A stretch of DNA of 64,000 bases from an uncultured Enterobacteriaceae bacterium (GCA_964461055.1 CAYWSG010000002.1:1580-65579), one strand, 5' to 3'. Shown: positions 28,434-37,579, numbered from the stretch's first letter. The notes: a model not told the origin generated them from the letters alone. A program made the numbers and translations.

Positions 28434-29405
28434 TTAGCGCACCCAGGCCGCGAGCGGCTTCGGCCGCCGCCAGAAGCGACGCAAGTCGCCGCGAATCGTT
28501 TCCACCGAAAGCCCCGCGTCGGGAACGTGGATCGTCACCATGCCCACGCGCGAGCCGAGCGCCTCGAGAAGCGGCGCGAACCACGCTCGCTCGAGCCCGG
28601 CGAGGACGCCCCTGGCGGCCGCCGGGTCGGCGAGCGCGAGCGGCGCGCGAAGCTCCTGCAGCACGACGAGGTGGCGGCCCTCTTCCGGCGCGTGCTGCAG
28701 CCACGCCTGCGCGGTCGGCTCGGGCGGGCGCGCCTGCGACTGCGCGGCGCGCGCAAGGCCGGCGAGCAACGGATCGTCGGCCGTCACGGTGCGCCAGCGC
28801 GCCTTGGCCGCGCGCGGCGCCGTGCCGGCGCCCCACAGCCACAGGCTGTTCACCGCGGGCTCTCCGCGCGCTTCGCGCGCCTCGTTCACCGGATGCTCGT
28901 GCAGCGCCATCTGGATCTCGTTCAGGAGGGCGTCGGCCGGCATGCCCGGCGCCACGTCCTGCCCGGCGAAGGCGAGGGCGGGCATGGGCGGAAGCTCGAG
29001 CGGCTCGGCGAGCCGCACGACCCAGCGCTCCGGCGAGTGGACCTGGAAGGCGAGCCGGCCCTCGAAGTGCGCGTTGAGCGACTCGCAGAGCGCGCGCGCC
29101 TCGTCCGCCCCGAGCGAGAACGCCGCGCTCGGCAGGACCACCATGCGGTCGCGGAGGAGCCGCAGGTGGACCGGGTCCGCGCGCGCCCACAGGCTGTTTC
29201 CGGGCGCATCGTCGCCGGCGAGGACCGTGAGCGCGCCTGCGGCGAGGCGCGCCGGCTCGAGGCCGAATTCCGCGGGCAGCCACGCTTCCAGCGACTGTGG
29301 CTCGCCCCGCATGGGCCGCCCGCGCGCGAGCAGCCGCTCGAGCGCGGGCAGGCGGACCTCCACCGCGGTGCCGAGCAGCCCCGGGACGACGAGCTCGCAG
29401 TGCAT
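28434..29405 (-). CDS. Conserved hypothetical protein (family sometimes annotated RpfE-type regulatory / phosphoglycerate-mutase-like)
   Basis: 323 aa starting MHCELVVPGLLG (CAT 29403-29405). Contains NSLWLWGAG. High GC3 coding pattern. Only the last 323 codons of the 1098-aa track ORF are taken as real. Family name is from memory and tentative. Confidence 0.6.
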   Translation of the reverse strand: MHCELVVPGLLGTAVEVRLPALERLLARGRPMRGEPQSLEAWLPAEFGLEPARLAAGALTVLAGDDAPGNSLWARADPVHLRLLRDRMVVLPSAAFSLGADEARALCESLNAHFEGRLAFQVHSPERWVVRLAEPLELPPMPALAFAGQDVAPGMPADALLNEIQMALHEHPVNEAREARGEPAVNSLWLWGAGTAPRAAKARWRTVTADDPLLAGLARAAQSQARPPEPTAQAWLQHAPEEGRHLVVLQELRAPLALADPAAARGVLAGLERAWFAPLLEALGSRVGMVTIHVPDAGLSVETIRGDLRRFWRRPKPLAAWVR

Positions 29406-30799
29406 CACGCTGCGAGGCGCACCGTGCGAACCCCGCGCCGGGCGAGGTGCCGGACGAGGATCCGGTAGTGGTCGTAGTCGAAGCGCCGACCGCGCCGCGC
29501 GGAGAGCAGCTCCTCCACCTCGGCCTCCGAGCTCGCGCTGCCGAGATAGCACCAGCGATCCACGACGTGCACTTCGGTGCGCTCGGCCTCGAGGTCGGTC
29601 TCGACGATGCCGAGCGCGCCGGGATAAGGCCATGGCCGCGTGCGAAGCTTCGCGAGCGCCGCCCCGACGCGCGCAAGGTGCAGATGCACGTTTTCGCGGC
29701 CGGCGCAGGCGCCGGCGCACCGGCCGAGCTGGTGGCGGAAGCAGGCGCCGCGGCGCGGATCCTTCTCGAAGCCGAGCGCCTGCAGGCAGAAGCGATGCTC
29801 GTCGGCGAGCTCGCGCAGCGCCGCCAGCGCCGCGCGACGCGAGCGGAAAAGACCGCTCAGCGAGGCCAGCGCTTCGCCGTCGATGTTCTCGGCTGCGACG
29901 AGCCGCAGGCGCGTGCCGTCGAACACGAGGCCGCAGGGACCTGCGCCCGGCTTGAGCTGCCGGTTGTAGGAGGGCCCGAGCGACTTCACCAGCGCGGCCT
30001 CCTTCAGGAGCGCGCCGAGCTCGCCCGTGGTGCGCTGCCACTCGACGTGGCGGACCTCCTGCGCGAGGCGCAGCGCCGAAGCGGAGCGCAGGCTCGCGGA
30101 GAAATGGGCGAGGACCCGCGAGCGCAGGGTGCGACTCTTGCCGACGTAGAGCGGCGCGCCGCCCTCGCCGTGGAAAACGTACACGCCCGGCGCGTCCGGG
30201 ATGGCGTCGATCGCCGCCGGGTCGAGATGCGGCGGCAGCCGCGGCGTGGCCGTCACCTGCCGGGCCGCCACGGAGGCGACCTCGACCCCATGCTCGGCGG
30301 CCGCCTGGCGCACGAACTCCCAGAGGGCGAGCGCGTCCGGGAGCGCCCGGTGCCGCGCGCTGCACGCGATGCCATGCCGTGCCATGAGGCTGTCGAGGTC
30401 GTGCCCCGGCGCCGAGGGATAGAGCCGGCGCGAGAGCCGCACGGTGCAGAGGGTCTTCGCCTGGAAGCGGCGCCCGCAGCGCTCGAACGCGCGGCGGAGG
30501 AACCCGTAGTCGAAGCGCGCGTTGTGCGCGACGAAGAGTCGTCCGTCGAGCAGGCCGAGGAGCTCGTTGGCGAGGCGCTCGAAGCGCGGGGCGGCGGCGA
30601 GCATCTCGTTCGTGATGCCCGTGAGCGCCTGGGCGTCGGCGCGGATTGAGCAGCCGGGATTGACGAGCGTGGACCATCGCGAGCGCAGCTCGAGCCCCTC
30701 CACCTGCAGCACCGCGATCTCGGTGATGCGATCGAAGGCAGGATCGCCCCCCGTGGTCTCGAGATCGACGATGGCGAGCGGTCCGGCGAGCGTGCTCAT
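29405..30799 (-). CDS. Fusion protein: DnaQ-like DEDDh 3'-5' exonuclease domain + GIY-YIG / UvrC-N-terminal-like (Cho-like) endonuclease domain
   Basis: Exo I AIVDLETTG, Exo II FVAHNARFDYGFL, Exo III HRALPDALA. GIY-YIG GVYVFHGEGGAPLYVGKSRTLRSRVLAHF. Cys-rich segment CFRHQLGRCAGAC. Confidence 0.85.
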   Translation of the reverse strand: MSTLAGPLAIVDLETTGGDPAFDRITEIAVLQVEGLELRSRWSTLVNPGCSIRADAQALTGITNEMLAAAPRFERLANELLGLLDGRLFVAHNARFDYGFLRRAFERCGRRFQAKTLCTVRLSRRLYPSAPGHDLDSLMARHGIACSARHRALPDALALWEFVRQAAAEHGVEVASVAARQVTATPRLPPHLDPAAIDAIPDAPGVYVFHGEGGAPLYVGKSRTLRSRVLAHFSASLRSASALRLAQEVRHVEWQRTTGELGALLKEAALVKSLGPSYNRQLKPGAGPCGLVFDGTRLRLVAAENIDGEALASLSGLFRSRRAALAALRELADEHRFCLQALGFEKDPRRGACFRHQLGRCAGACAGRENVHLHLARVGAALAKLRTRPWPYPGALGIVETDLEAERTEVHVVDRWCYLGSASSEAEVEELLSARRGRRFDYDHYRILVRHLARRGVRTVRLAA

Positions 30800-30808
30800 G
30801 CGGTTGCC

Positions 30809-31786
30809 TTATCGGCCCCTCACGTTGGCTGCCTCGACCACTTCGCGCCAGCGCTCGGCGTCGGCGCGGATGCGCTCGACGAACGCCTGCGGCGAGCTCG
30901 CCACCGGCTCGGCCCCCAGGGTGGCAAAGCGCGCCTGCAACTCGCGATCGCGCAGGACTTCGCTCATCGCCGCGTGCAGGCGCTCGACGATCTCGGGCGG
31001 CGTGCCGGCCGGCGCGAACATGCCGAACCAGGTGTAGCGATCGAAGCCGGGCAGGCCCGCTTCCTGGAGCGTGGGCACCTCCGGCAGGAGCGACGAGCGC
31101 GCCGGCGCATTGAGCGCGATGGGCTTCACCTTGCCGGCGCGGATGTGCGGCATCACGCTCGCCAGGCTGTCGAAGAGCATGGCGATGGTCCCGGCGGCGA
31201 CATCGGGAATCGCCTGCGCGGTGCCCTTGTACGGCACGTGGACGAGATCCGTGCGCGAGAGCAGCTTGAAGAGCTCGCCGCTCAGGTGCACGATCGTTCC
31301 GACTCCGCTCGAGGCGAAGTTGAGCTCGCCCGGGCGCGCGCGCGCGAGCGCGATCAGCTCTTCCACGCTCGAGATGCCGAGCGCAGGGCTCACCACGAGC
31401 ACGTTCGGGACATTGGCGACGTGAGCGATGGGCACGAAATCGCGCAGCGGCTCGTAGGCGAGCTTTTGCAACAGCGGGCCGATCGAATGCGTGCTCGTGG
31501 TGGCAATGAGCAGCGTGTAGCCGTCGGGCGCGCTCTTCGCGACGGCCTCCGAGCCGATGGTGCCGCCCGCGCCCGGCCGGTTGTCGACGAGCACCGGCTG
31601 CCCGAGGCGCTCGGCCAGCTTGCCGGCGACGATCCGGCCGACGATGTCCGTGGCGCCCGAGGGCGGGAAGGGCACGACGAGCCTGACCGGGCGCGAGGGG
31701 TACTCGGCCGCGGCCGCGCCGCACCACCACGCGGCAAGAAGAAGTGCGGCGAGGAGGAAAGCGGGAGGCCGGGATCCTGAATTCAC
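30809..31786 (-). CDS. Bug family tripartite tricarboxylate transporter substrate-binding protein (TctC-like)
   Basis: Signal peptide then YPSRPVRLVVPFPPSGATDIVGRIVA...LVDNRPGAGGTIG, typical Bug family. GTG 31786 (VNSGSRPPAFLLAALLL) is the only plausible start. No SD seen. Confidence 0.85.
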   Translation of the reverse strand: MNSGSRPPAFLLAALLLAAWWCGAAAAEYPSRPVRLVVPFPPSGATDIVGRIVAGKLAERLGQPVLVDNRPGAGGTIGSEAVAKSAPDGYTLLIATTSTHSIGPLLQKLAYEPLRDFVPIAHVANVPNVLVVSPALGISSVEELIALARARPGELNFASSGVGTIVHLSGELFKLLSRTDLVHVPYKGTAQAIPDVAAGTIAMLFDSLASVMPHIRAGKVKPIALNAPARSSLLPEVPTLQEAGLPGFDRYTWFGMFAPAGTPPEIVERLHAAMSEVLRDRELQARFATLGAEPVASSPQAFVERIRADAERWREVVEAANVRGR

Positions 31787-31802
31787 GGGCGAAGGAGGGC
31801 GC

Positions 31803-32405
31803 TCAGGCGGGCAGCGGGACGTGGCGCGGCTGCGCGCGCACGCGCTCGAGCCAGGCGCGTACCGCCGGGAACCGATCGAGCTCGAACCCACCATCGGCCG
31901 CGCAGTGCGTGTAGGCATAAAGGGCGATGTCCGCGACCGTGTAGCGCCCTGCGGCGAAGTACGGCTCGCGGGCGAGATGCCGCTCCATCACGCCGAGCGC
32001 CCGGTAGCCGCGCTCGTGCAAGCGAGGCAGCTCCGCGCGCCGCGGCGAGCCGGGCGCCTGGTAGCGCAGGATGGCGCGCGCTACCGCGATGCACGGCTCG
32101 TGGCTGTACTGCTCGAAGAACATCCACTGCAGCGCCCGGGCGCGCTCGAGGCGGCCCTCGGGCAGCAGGGGAGAGCCGTCGGCGAGATAGACGAGCATGG
32201 CATTCGATTCGGGCAGGACCGTCCCGTCGTCGAGGACGAGCGTCGGCACCTGGCCGTTCGGGTTGCGGGCGAGGAACTCGGCCGTGCGGGTCTCGCCGCG
32301 CCTCGTATCGACCTCGACCCACCGGTACGGCAGAGCGAGCTGCTCGAGAGCAAGTCGCACCTTGTAACAGTTACCCGAGTCCGACATGCCGTACACGGTG
32401 AACAT
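31803..32405 (-). CDS. Glutathione S-transferase family protein
   Basis: 200 aa MFTVYGMSDSGNCYKVRLALEQLALPYRWVEVD...NPNGQVPTLVLDDGTVLPESNAMLVYLA (thioredoxin-like N-domain) plus a helical C-domain. Confidence 0.88.
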   Translation of the reverse strand: MFTVYGMSDSGNCYKVRLALEQLALPYRWVEVDTRRGETRTAEFLARNPNGQVPTLVLDDGTVLPESNAMLVYLADGSPLLPEGRLERARALQWMFFEQYSHEPCIAVARAILRYQAPGSPRRAELPRLHERGYRALGVMERHLAREPYFAAGRYTVADIALYAYTHCAADGGFELDRFPAVRAWLERVRAQPRHVPLPA

Positions 32406-32412
32406 CGCGGCG

Positions 32413-32418
32413 ATTGTA
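32413..32418 (-). promoter_or_regulatory. -10-like hexamer TACAAT, 7 nt upstream of GST ATG 32405
   Basis: Minus strand TACAATCGCCGCG-ATG. No SD. Confidence 0.4.
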
Positions 32419-32436
32419 GCTGTCCAAGCCTCTGCC

Positions 32437-32832
32437 ATGCGCCTGCCTGCCGCCGCCGCCTCGATCGCCTGCGTGCTCGGCGTCGCGGCGTGCGCGCCCA
32501 TGCAATGGGTGAAGGAAGATGCCTCGCCCGCGGAGCTGCAGGCCGACATGGCCGCCTGCCGGCAGGCCGCGTGGCGCGAGTCCTGGTTCCGCTCCTGGCA
32601 CTACCGGCCGATCACGCCGCTTCTCATTCGCGACGCCATGGGGCGGCCGTTCTACCTCTGGCCGCACGGGCCGTTCTACGATCCGTTCTACGACCCGTTC
32701 CTCGAAGAGAGCCGGCTCACCCAGTTCTGCATGGAGAGCAAGGGCTATCGCCTCGTGCCGGTAGGAAAGGAAAAGCCGGTGGAAACGGACGAGCCCGCCG
32801 AAGAAAAAACGGAAAGTCCTAGCTCGAAATGA
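32437..32832 (+). CDS. Small lipoprotein, function unknown
   Basis: MRLPAAAASIACVLGVAAC lipobox. Paired Cys (AACRQAA ... FCMESKGYRLVP). Acidic C-terminal tail. 3' end overlaps the convergent DUF429 gene by 14 nt. Confidence 0.6.
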   Translation: MRLPAAAASIACVLGVAACAPMQWVKEDASPAELQADMAACRQAAWRESWFRSWHYRPITPLLIRDAMGRPFYLWPHGPFYDPFYDPFLEESRLTQFCMESKGYRLVPVGKEKPVETDEPAEEKTESPSSK

Positions 32833-33625
32833 TCCAGCCTTCCACCGGATCGACGTCGGCCGGCAGGCCGTAGCGCGTCGACCGGCGCAGCCACCCCCAG
32901 TGCGCCTGCACGGCGCAGGCGATCGCATCGAGCCAGTCGCCGCTCGCGTGCTCGAGCTTCGCGCGCATGGCGCGGCTCCCCAGGCGCACGCGGCACGAGA
33001 GCGACTCGTGCGAGCGGCTGCGCAGGCACTCGAGAATGCGCCTGCGCGCTGCGGCGTTGCGCGCGGCCGACGCCGGCTTGTCGTTCTTGTAGTAGCCCAC
33101 GCCCAGACGCGATACGAGCAGTCCCGGATAGACCTCGAGGGCGACCTTTGCCGAGCCTGTCTCGTAAAGGCCGGGCACGTGCACACCCGCCGCCAGCAGC
33201 CGCCACGCGCCCTCGTAGAACATCCGCCCGACGGGCGGATTCGCCTTCGTCTTGAGCGGGCTCTCCGAGCCGGCGGCGCGGTCGGTGCGCCGGTGCTTGT
33301 CCTCGGGGCTGCGCGCGCCCTGGAAGGCGCGCATGGCGCGCTCCACGAAGCGCGCCTTTCCGCCCCGCACGCAGGCCCGCACCATGCCGGCCCAGTCGAG
33401 CGGCCAGCCCTCGGCGCGCACGAAGCGCCGCGGCAGCCCGAACGGGAAATCGAAGCCGCCGATCCACGGGCCGCCTTGGCCGAGCCAGTGCTCGTAGGCC
33501 GGCCAGTCGGCGAACTCGAGCAGCCGCTCGACCTCGAGCGCGGCCTCGTCGGCCAGGCACTCGGCCGCCACGATAGGCTTCACGCGCGTCGGCGCGCTGG
33601 TGAAGTCGACGCCGACGATCCTCAA
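32819..33625 (-). CDS. DUF429 domain-containing protein (predicted RNase H-like fold)
   Basis: 268 aa MRIVGVDFTSAP...GGFDFPFGLP...LEVYPG. TTG start in a TTGA overlap with the OsmC stop. Family assignment from memory. Confidence 0.55.
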   Translation of the reverse strand: MRIVGVDFTSAPTRVKPIVAAECLADEAALEVERLLEFADWPAYEHWLGQGGPWIGGFDFPFGLPRRFVRAEGWPLDWAGMVRACVRGGKARFVERAMRAFQGARSPEDKHRRTDRAAGSESPLKTKANPPVGRMFYEGAWRLLAAGVHVPGLYETGSAKVALEVYPGLLVSRLGVGYYKNDKPASAARNAAARRRILECLRSRSHESLSCRVRLGSRAMRAKLEHASGDWLDAIACAVQAHWGWLRRSTRYGLPADVDPVEGWIISS

Positions 33626-34122
33626 GGCGCCGCGACGGTGATGGCGGGCGCGTGGCGCAGCGTCTGCAGCACGACGCAGTAGCGCTCGGTGAGCTCGACG
33701 AGCTTCTGGCGCTGCTCGGCGCTCGCATCGGTATCGAGCTCGAAGCGCAGGCGGATGTCGCGAAAGCCGACCGGCGCGTCCTTCGCCACGCCGAGCGTGC
33801 CGCGAAAATCGAGATCGCCTTCGGCGAGCACGCGCGCGTCCTTCAGCTGCACGCCGATCGCCGTCGCCACCGCCTTCAGCGTGACGCCCGCGCAGGCGAC
33901 GAGCGCCTCGAGCAGCATGTCGCCGGAGCAGGCCTGCAGGCCGCTGCCGCCGCTTGCCGGGTGCAGGCCCGCCTCGACGAGCGCGCGTCCGGTGTCGACG
34001 CGGCAGGCGATGCCTTCGCCCATGCGACCCTCGGCGCGCAGCGTGACCACGGCCGCCGCCGGCTCCTTCTTGTAGCGCTCCTTGAGCGGCGCCTGGAGCG
34101 CGCGCAGTTCATCCGCATTCAT
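33622..34122 (-). CDS. OsmC family (peroxiredoxin-like) protein
   Basis: 166 aa. Two conserved Cys contexts (GLQACSGDMLLEALVACAGVTL ... LTERYCVVLQTL) typical of OsmC/Ohr fold. ATGA overlap with the upstream VOC gene. Confidence 0.8.
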   Translation of the reverse strand: MNADELRALQAPLKERYKKEPAAAVVTLRAEGRMGEGIACRVDTGRALVEAGLHPASGGSGLQACSGDMLLEALVACAGVTLKAVATAIGVQLKDARVLAEGDLDFRGTLGVAKDAPVGFRDIRLRFELDTDASAEQRQKLVELTERYCVVLQTLRHAPAITVAAP

Positions 34123-34535
34123 GTCGTTTGCCCTCCGGGCTGTGCGCCTTCGTGCGTGACGGCCTCGATGCGATTGCCTTCCGGATCCTCGAGGAAAGCG
34201 GCGTAGTAGCCGTGATGGTAGTGCGGCCGAAGGCCGGGCGCACCCGCGTCGCGCCCCCCGGCGGCGAGGCCGGCCGCGTGGAACGCCCGCACCTGGGCGA
34301 CCGAGGCGGCGCGGAAGCACCAGTGACGCGGCGGATCTGGCCGGGCCTGCGGCGACTGGAAGAGGCTGAGGTAAGTATGCCGGTCGTCACCGGGGCGGTT
34401 GCGCTCGCCGTAGCCGACGGCGTCCTCGCGCTCGTAGACCTTCGCGAGGCCGAGCGCCGCGAGCACCGCGTCGTAGAAAGGCAGCGCTGCCTTCAGGTCG
34501 CGCACGGTGATCGAGACGTGGTCAAGCGCCTGCAC
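34119..34535 (-). CDS. VOC (glyoxalase / bleomycin resistance / dioxygenase) family protein
   Basis: 138 aa MQALDHVSITVRDLKAALPFYDAVLAALGL...HYHHGYYAAFLEDPEGNRIEAV. GTG start. Confidence 0.82.
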   Translation of the reverse strand: MQALDHVSITVRDLKAALPFYDAVLAALGLAKVYEREDAVGYGERNRPGDDRHTYLSLFQSPQARPDPPRHWCFRAASVAQVRAFHAAGLAAGGRDAGAPGLRPHYHHGYYAAFLEDPEGNRIEAVTHEGAQPGGQTT

Positions 34536-35001
34536 GGGCGAGCTCGGCGGCCGAAAGGTTGTGGATGCGCCCGAAGCCGGCGATGAAGCGCGCGTCGCGC
34601 GGCTCGATGCGCCAGAAGGAAAAATCGGCGAGCGAGAAATTGACCGCCTGCTCCGGAAAGCGCTCGAGCCAGGCCGCTTTCAGCGCACCGAATGCCGGGT
34701 CGCCGGCCGCAAGCTGCAGCGCGACGCCGCGCACGGTGACGCGGGCGAGCGTGAAGGGGTCGGCGCGCCCGTCGTCCGCTTCGGCCACGGAAAGCGCCAC
34801 GCGCGGGTCCTGCAGCATGTCCTGCGTATGCCAGGCGAGCCGGCTGACGTGCACGAAGAACGCCGCGAGATCCGGCGCCGGCAGGTAGAGCGTCATCGAC
34901 ACCATGGGCGCGCCCGCGCGCAGCGTGCCGAGGTGCGCGACACGCTCGCGCCGCAGGAGCGCGGCGAGCCGCGCGGTGGTGCCGGCGTCCATCGCGGCCA
35001 T
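34522..35001 (-). CDS. Pyridoxamine 5'-phosphate oxidase-related FMN-binding / HugZ-like protein
   Basis: 159 aa MAAMDAGTTARLAALLRRERVAHLGTLRAGAPMVSMTLY...RVTVRGVA...SLADFSFWRIEPRDARFIAGFG. Only the last 159 codons of the 595-aa track ORF are real. Confidence 0.7.
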   Translation of the reverse strand: MAAMDAGTTARLAALLRRERVAHLGTLRAGAPMVSMTLYLPAPDLAAFFVHVSRLAWHTQDMLQDPRVALSVAEADDGRADPFTLARVTVRGVALQLAAGDPAFGALKAAWLERFPEQAVNFSLADFSFWRIEPRDARFIAGFGRIHNLSAAELARAGA

Positions 35002-35037
35002 TGTAGTATCCTGCGCCGGGCCTTTTCCCCCTCCCCG

Positions 35038-36279
35038 ATGCGATACGAGCTCCTCGTAGGACTGCGCTACACGCGTGCCCGGCGGCGCAACCGCTTCATC
35101 GGCGTGAACTCGCTCGTCTCGATGATCGGCATCGGCGTCGGCGTCTGGGCGCTCATCGTGGTGCTCTCGGTGATGAACGGGTTCCAGAAGGAGGTGCGCA
35201 CGCGCATCCTCGGCGTCGTCTCGCACGTGCAGATGAGCGGCCCGGGCAACCGCCTGAGCGACTGGCAGGCGGTCGCCAAGGCGGCCGGCGACCATCCGCG
35301 CGTCGTCGCCGCCGCGCCCTTCGTCCAGGGCCAGGCGATGCTTTCGGCCGGCGGCGCCGTGCGCGGCGCGCTCGTGCGCGGCATCGATCCGGCGAAGGAG
35401 GAGGGCGTGGCCGACTTCGCCCGCCACATGAAGAGCGGCTCGCTCGCGGCGCTCGAGCCGGGCGCCTTCGGCATGATCCTCGGGCGCGACCTCGCGCGCG
35501 CGCTCGGCGTGATTCCGGGCGACAAGGTGGCGCTCGTCGCCCCGCAGGGCACCGTCACGCCCGCCGGCGTCATTCCGCGGCTCAAGCAGTTCACCGTCGT
35601 GGGCACCTTCGAGGCCGGCATCGGCGAGGCCGACGCGGGGCTCGCGCTCGTGAGCCTGCGCGACGCGCAGGTGGTCTACCAGCTCGGCGACGCGGTGACG
35701 GGGGTCCGGCTCAAGCTCGACGACCTCTTCGCGGCGCGCGAGGTGGCGCGCGAGCTCATGATGCGCCTGCCGCAGGACGTGTTCGCCTCCGACTGGACGC
35801 GCAGCCACGCGAATTTCTTCCGCGCGGTCGAGATCGAGAAGCGCATCATGTTCATCATCCTCGCGCTCATCATCCTGGTCGCGGCGATCAACATCGTTTC
35901 CACGCTCGTCGTGGCGGTCACCGACAAGCAGGCCGACATCGCGATCCTGCGCACGCTCGGCGCCGCCCCCGGCTCGGTGATGCAGGTCTTCGTCGTCCAG
36001 GGCATGGTGATCGGCCTCATCGGCACGGCCGTCGGGGTCGCGGTCGGCGTGCTCACCGCGCTCAACATCGACGTCATCGTGCCGGCGATCGAGAACGCCC
36101 TCAACATCAAGTTCCTGTCGAAGGACGTCTATCTCATCCCCGATCTTCCCTCGGACCTGCAGGCGGGCGACGTGCTCGCCGTGGCGGCCATGGCGCTCGG
36201 CCTCTCGTTCCTCGCGACGATCTATCCGAGCTGGCGCGCCGCACGCCTCAATCCGGCCGAGGCGCTGCGCTATGAATAG
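35038..36279 (+). CDS. lolC: Lipoprotein-releasing system transmembrane subunit, LolC/LolE family (single copy in the locus)
   Basis: [49 protein letters not shown]..., periplasmic MacB-like domain, C-terminal FtsX domain. Followed by lolD. Confidence 0.9.
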   Translation: MRYELLVGLRYTRARRRNRFIGVNSLVSMIGIGVGVWALIVVLSVMNGFQKEVRTRILGVVSHVQMSGPGNRLSDWQAVAKAAGDHPRVVAAAPFVQGQAMLSAGGAVRGALVRGIDPAKEEGVADFARHMKSGSLAALEPGAFGMILGRDLARALGVIPGDKVALVAPQGTVTPAGVIPRLKQFTVVGTFEAGIGEADAGLALVSLRDAQVVYQLGDAVTGVRLKLDDLFAAREVARELMMRLPQDVFASDWTRSHANFFRAVEIEKRIMFIILALIILVAAINIVSTLVVAVTDKQADIAILRTLGAAPGSVMQVFVVQGMVIGLIGTAVGVAVGVLTALNIDVIVPAIENALNIKFLSKDVYLIPDLPSDLQAGDVLAVAAMALGLSFLATIYPSWRAARLNPAEALRYE

Positions 36280-36988
36280 CGCTTTGGCCAGCGAAGCGGG
36301 GCGCGCCATACGCGAGCCGGTCGTCGCCTGCCGCGGCCTCGCGAAGACCTACGAGGGCCCGCAGCCCGTGCGGGTGCTCACCGGCGTCGATCTCGAGGTG
36401 CGCGCCGGCGAGCGCATCGCCGTCATGGGCCGCTCGGGGTCGGGCAAGTCGACGCTCCTGCATCTCCTCGGCGGGCTCGACCGGCCGAGCGGCGGGACGG
36501 TGCTCGTGCGCGGCAGGCCGCTCCACGACATGCGCGAGGCCGAGCGCGGAAAGGTGCGTAACGAGACGCTCGGCTTCGTCTACCAGTTCCACCACCTCCT
36601 CGCCGAGTTCACGGCGGTCGAGAACGTGGCGATGCCGCTCCTCATCCGCCGGCTCGCGCCGGCCGAAGCGCGGCGGCGCGCCGCGCGCGTGCTGGAGGAA
36701 GTGGGACTCGGTCATCGCCTCGAGCACCAGCCCGGCGAGCTCTCCGGCGGCGAGCGCCAGCGCTGCGCGTTCGCGCGGGCGCTGGTGACCGAGCCGGCCT
36801 GCGTGCTCGCCGACGAGCCGACGGGAAACCTCGACTCGCATACGGCCGACGAGGTCTTCGAGGCGATGCTGCGGCTCTCGGCCTCGCACGGCACGGCTTT
36901 CGTCATCGTGACGCACGACGCCGGCATCGCCGCGCGCGCCGAGCGTACCTACGAGCTGCGCGAAGGCACGCTTCACCCCCTGCCGTAG
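36272..36988 (+). CDS. lolD: Lipoprotein-releasing system ATP-binding protein LolD
   Basis: Walker [25 protein letters not shown], Walker [12 protein letters not shown]. 8-nt overlap with lolC. Confidence 0.92.
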   Translation: MNSALASEAGRAIREPVVACRGLAKTYEGPQPVRVLTGVDLEVRAGERIAVMGRSGSGKSTLLHLLGGLDRPSGGTVLVRGRPLHDMREAERGKVRNETLGFVYQFHHLLAEFTAVENVAMPLLIRRLAPAEARRRAARVLEEVGLGHRLEHQPGELSGGERQRCAFARALVTEPACVLADEPTGNLDSHTADEVFEAMLRLSASHGTAFVIVTHDAGIAARAERTYELREGTLHPLP

Positions 36989-36994
36989 CCGCCG

Positions 36995-37549
36995 CTACGG
37001 ACGGCAGGCAGGGCGCTTTCGCTTGCGCGCGCGCCAGGCAGCCGCGACGTACAGCCGCCAGCCGACCTGCACGGCGACGTAGCCGAGCAGCGCGAGAGAC
37101 AGCGCGAGCGCGACGAGCCCCACCGCGAGCGGCTCGCCCAGGCCGAGCATCCAGTCGATCATGGCGTCCAGGGAAGCGAGCGGGTTCGCCCAGTCCATCG
37201 AGAACGGCTCCACCGCGCCGTTTGCCGGCGCGCCGAGGAGGAGCCGTCCGTAGCCGTAGGCGAGCAGGTAGAGCGGCACGATGGTGAAGGGGTTCGTATA
37301 GAAGGTCATGAGCAGCGCCACGGGCAGGTTCTTGCGCAGCACGAGCGTCAGGATGAGCGCGGTGAGCATCTGCAGCGGCCCGGGCACGAGACCCGAGAAC
37401 AGGCCAATGGCGACGGCCCCGGCGACCGAGTGGCGGTTCAGGCGCCAGAAGTTCGGGTGATGCAGCCAGTGCGCGAAGGGCGCGACGAGCCGGTTCGACC
37501 GGATCGAGTCGGCATCCGGCAGGTACTTGCGGAATAACTTGCGGGGCAC
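36995..37549 (-). CDS. DUF2062 domain-containing membrane protein
   Basis: 184 aa MPRKLFRKYLPDADSIRSNRLVAPFAHWL...SVAGAVAIGLFSGLVPGP...TNPFTIVPLY. GTG start. Divergent from comEC, a common arrangement. Confidence 0.75.
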   Translation of the reverse strand: MPRKLFRKYLPDADSIRSNRLVAPFAHWLHHPNFWRLNRHSVAGAVAIGLFSGLVPGPLQMLTALILTLVLRKNLPVALLMTFYTNPFTIVPLYLLAYGYGRLLLGAPANGAVEPFSMDWANPLASLDAMIDWMLGLGEPLAVGLVALALSLALLGYVAVQVGWRLYVAAAWRARKRKRPACRP

Positions 37550-37579
37550 GGTCAGCGAAAAGCGGGGAAGTGCGTTTCC

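Noticed and set aside
26712-29676. Two 918-aa ORFs on opposite strands (26712-29468 plus; 26920-29676 minus) spanning recJ and its upstream neighbours
   Set aside because: Their translations are Arg/Ala/Gly/Pro-rich low-complexity strings typical of off-frame reading of GC-rich coding DNA. The same DNA encodes clearly recognisable RecJ, the conserved 323-aa protein and the DnaQ/GIY-YIG fusion in another frame.
29406-31730. Upstream 775 codons of the 1098-aa ORF 28434-31730. Likewise the upstream 680 codons of 57212-60283, the upstream 436 codons of 34522-36309 and the upstream 144 codons of 4253-5725
   Set aside because: These are long run-ins in frames that overlap other well-supported genes. 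The recognisable proteins begin at internal Met codons (MHCELVV..., MTPRKTAF..., MAAMDAG..., MSKKSATYLL...) with signal peptides or operon-type overlaps.
35005-35010. GATACT (minus strand) as a leaderless promoter for the PNPOx-like gene
   Set aside because: It lies only 3 nt from ATG 35001, too close for a transcript to include the start codon. It is probably just the reverse complement of the lolC TAGTAT -10 candidate (35004-35009).
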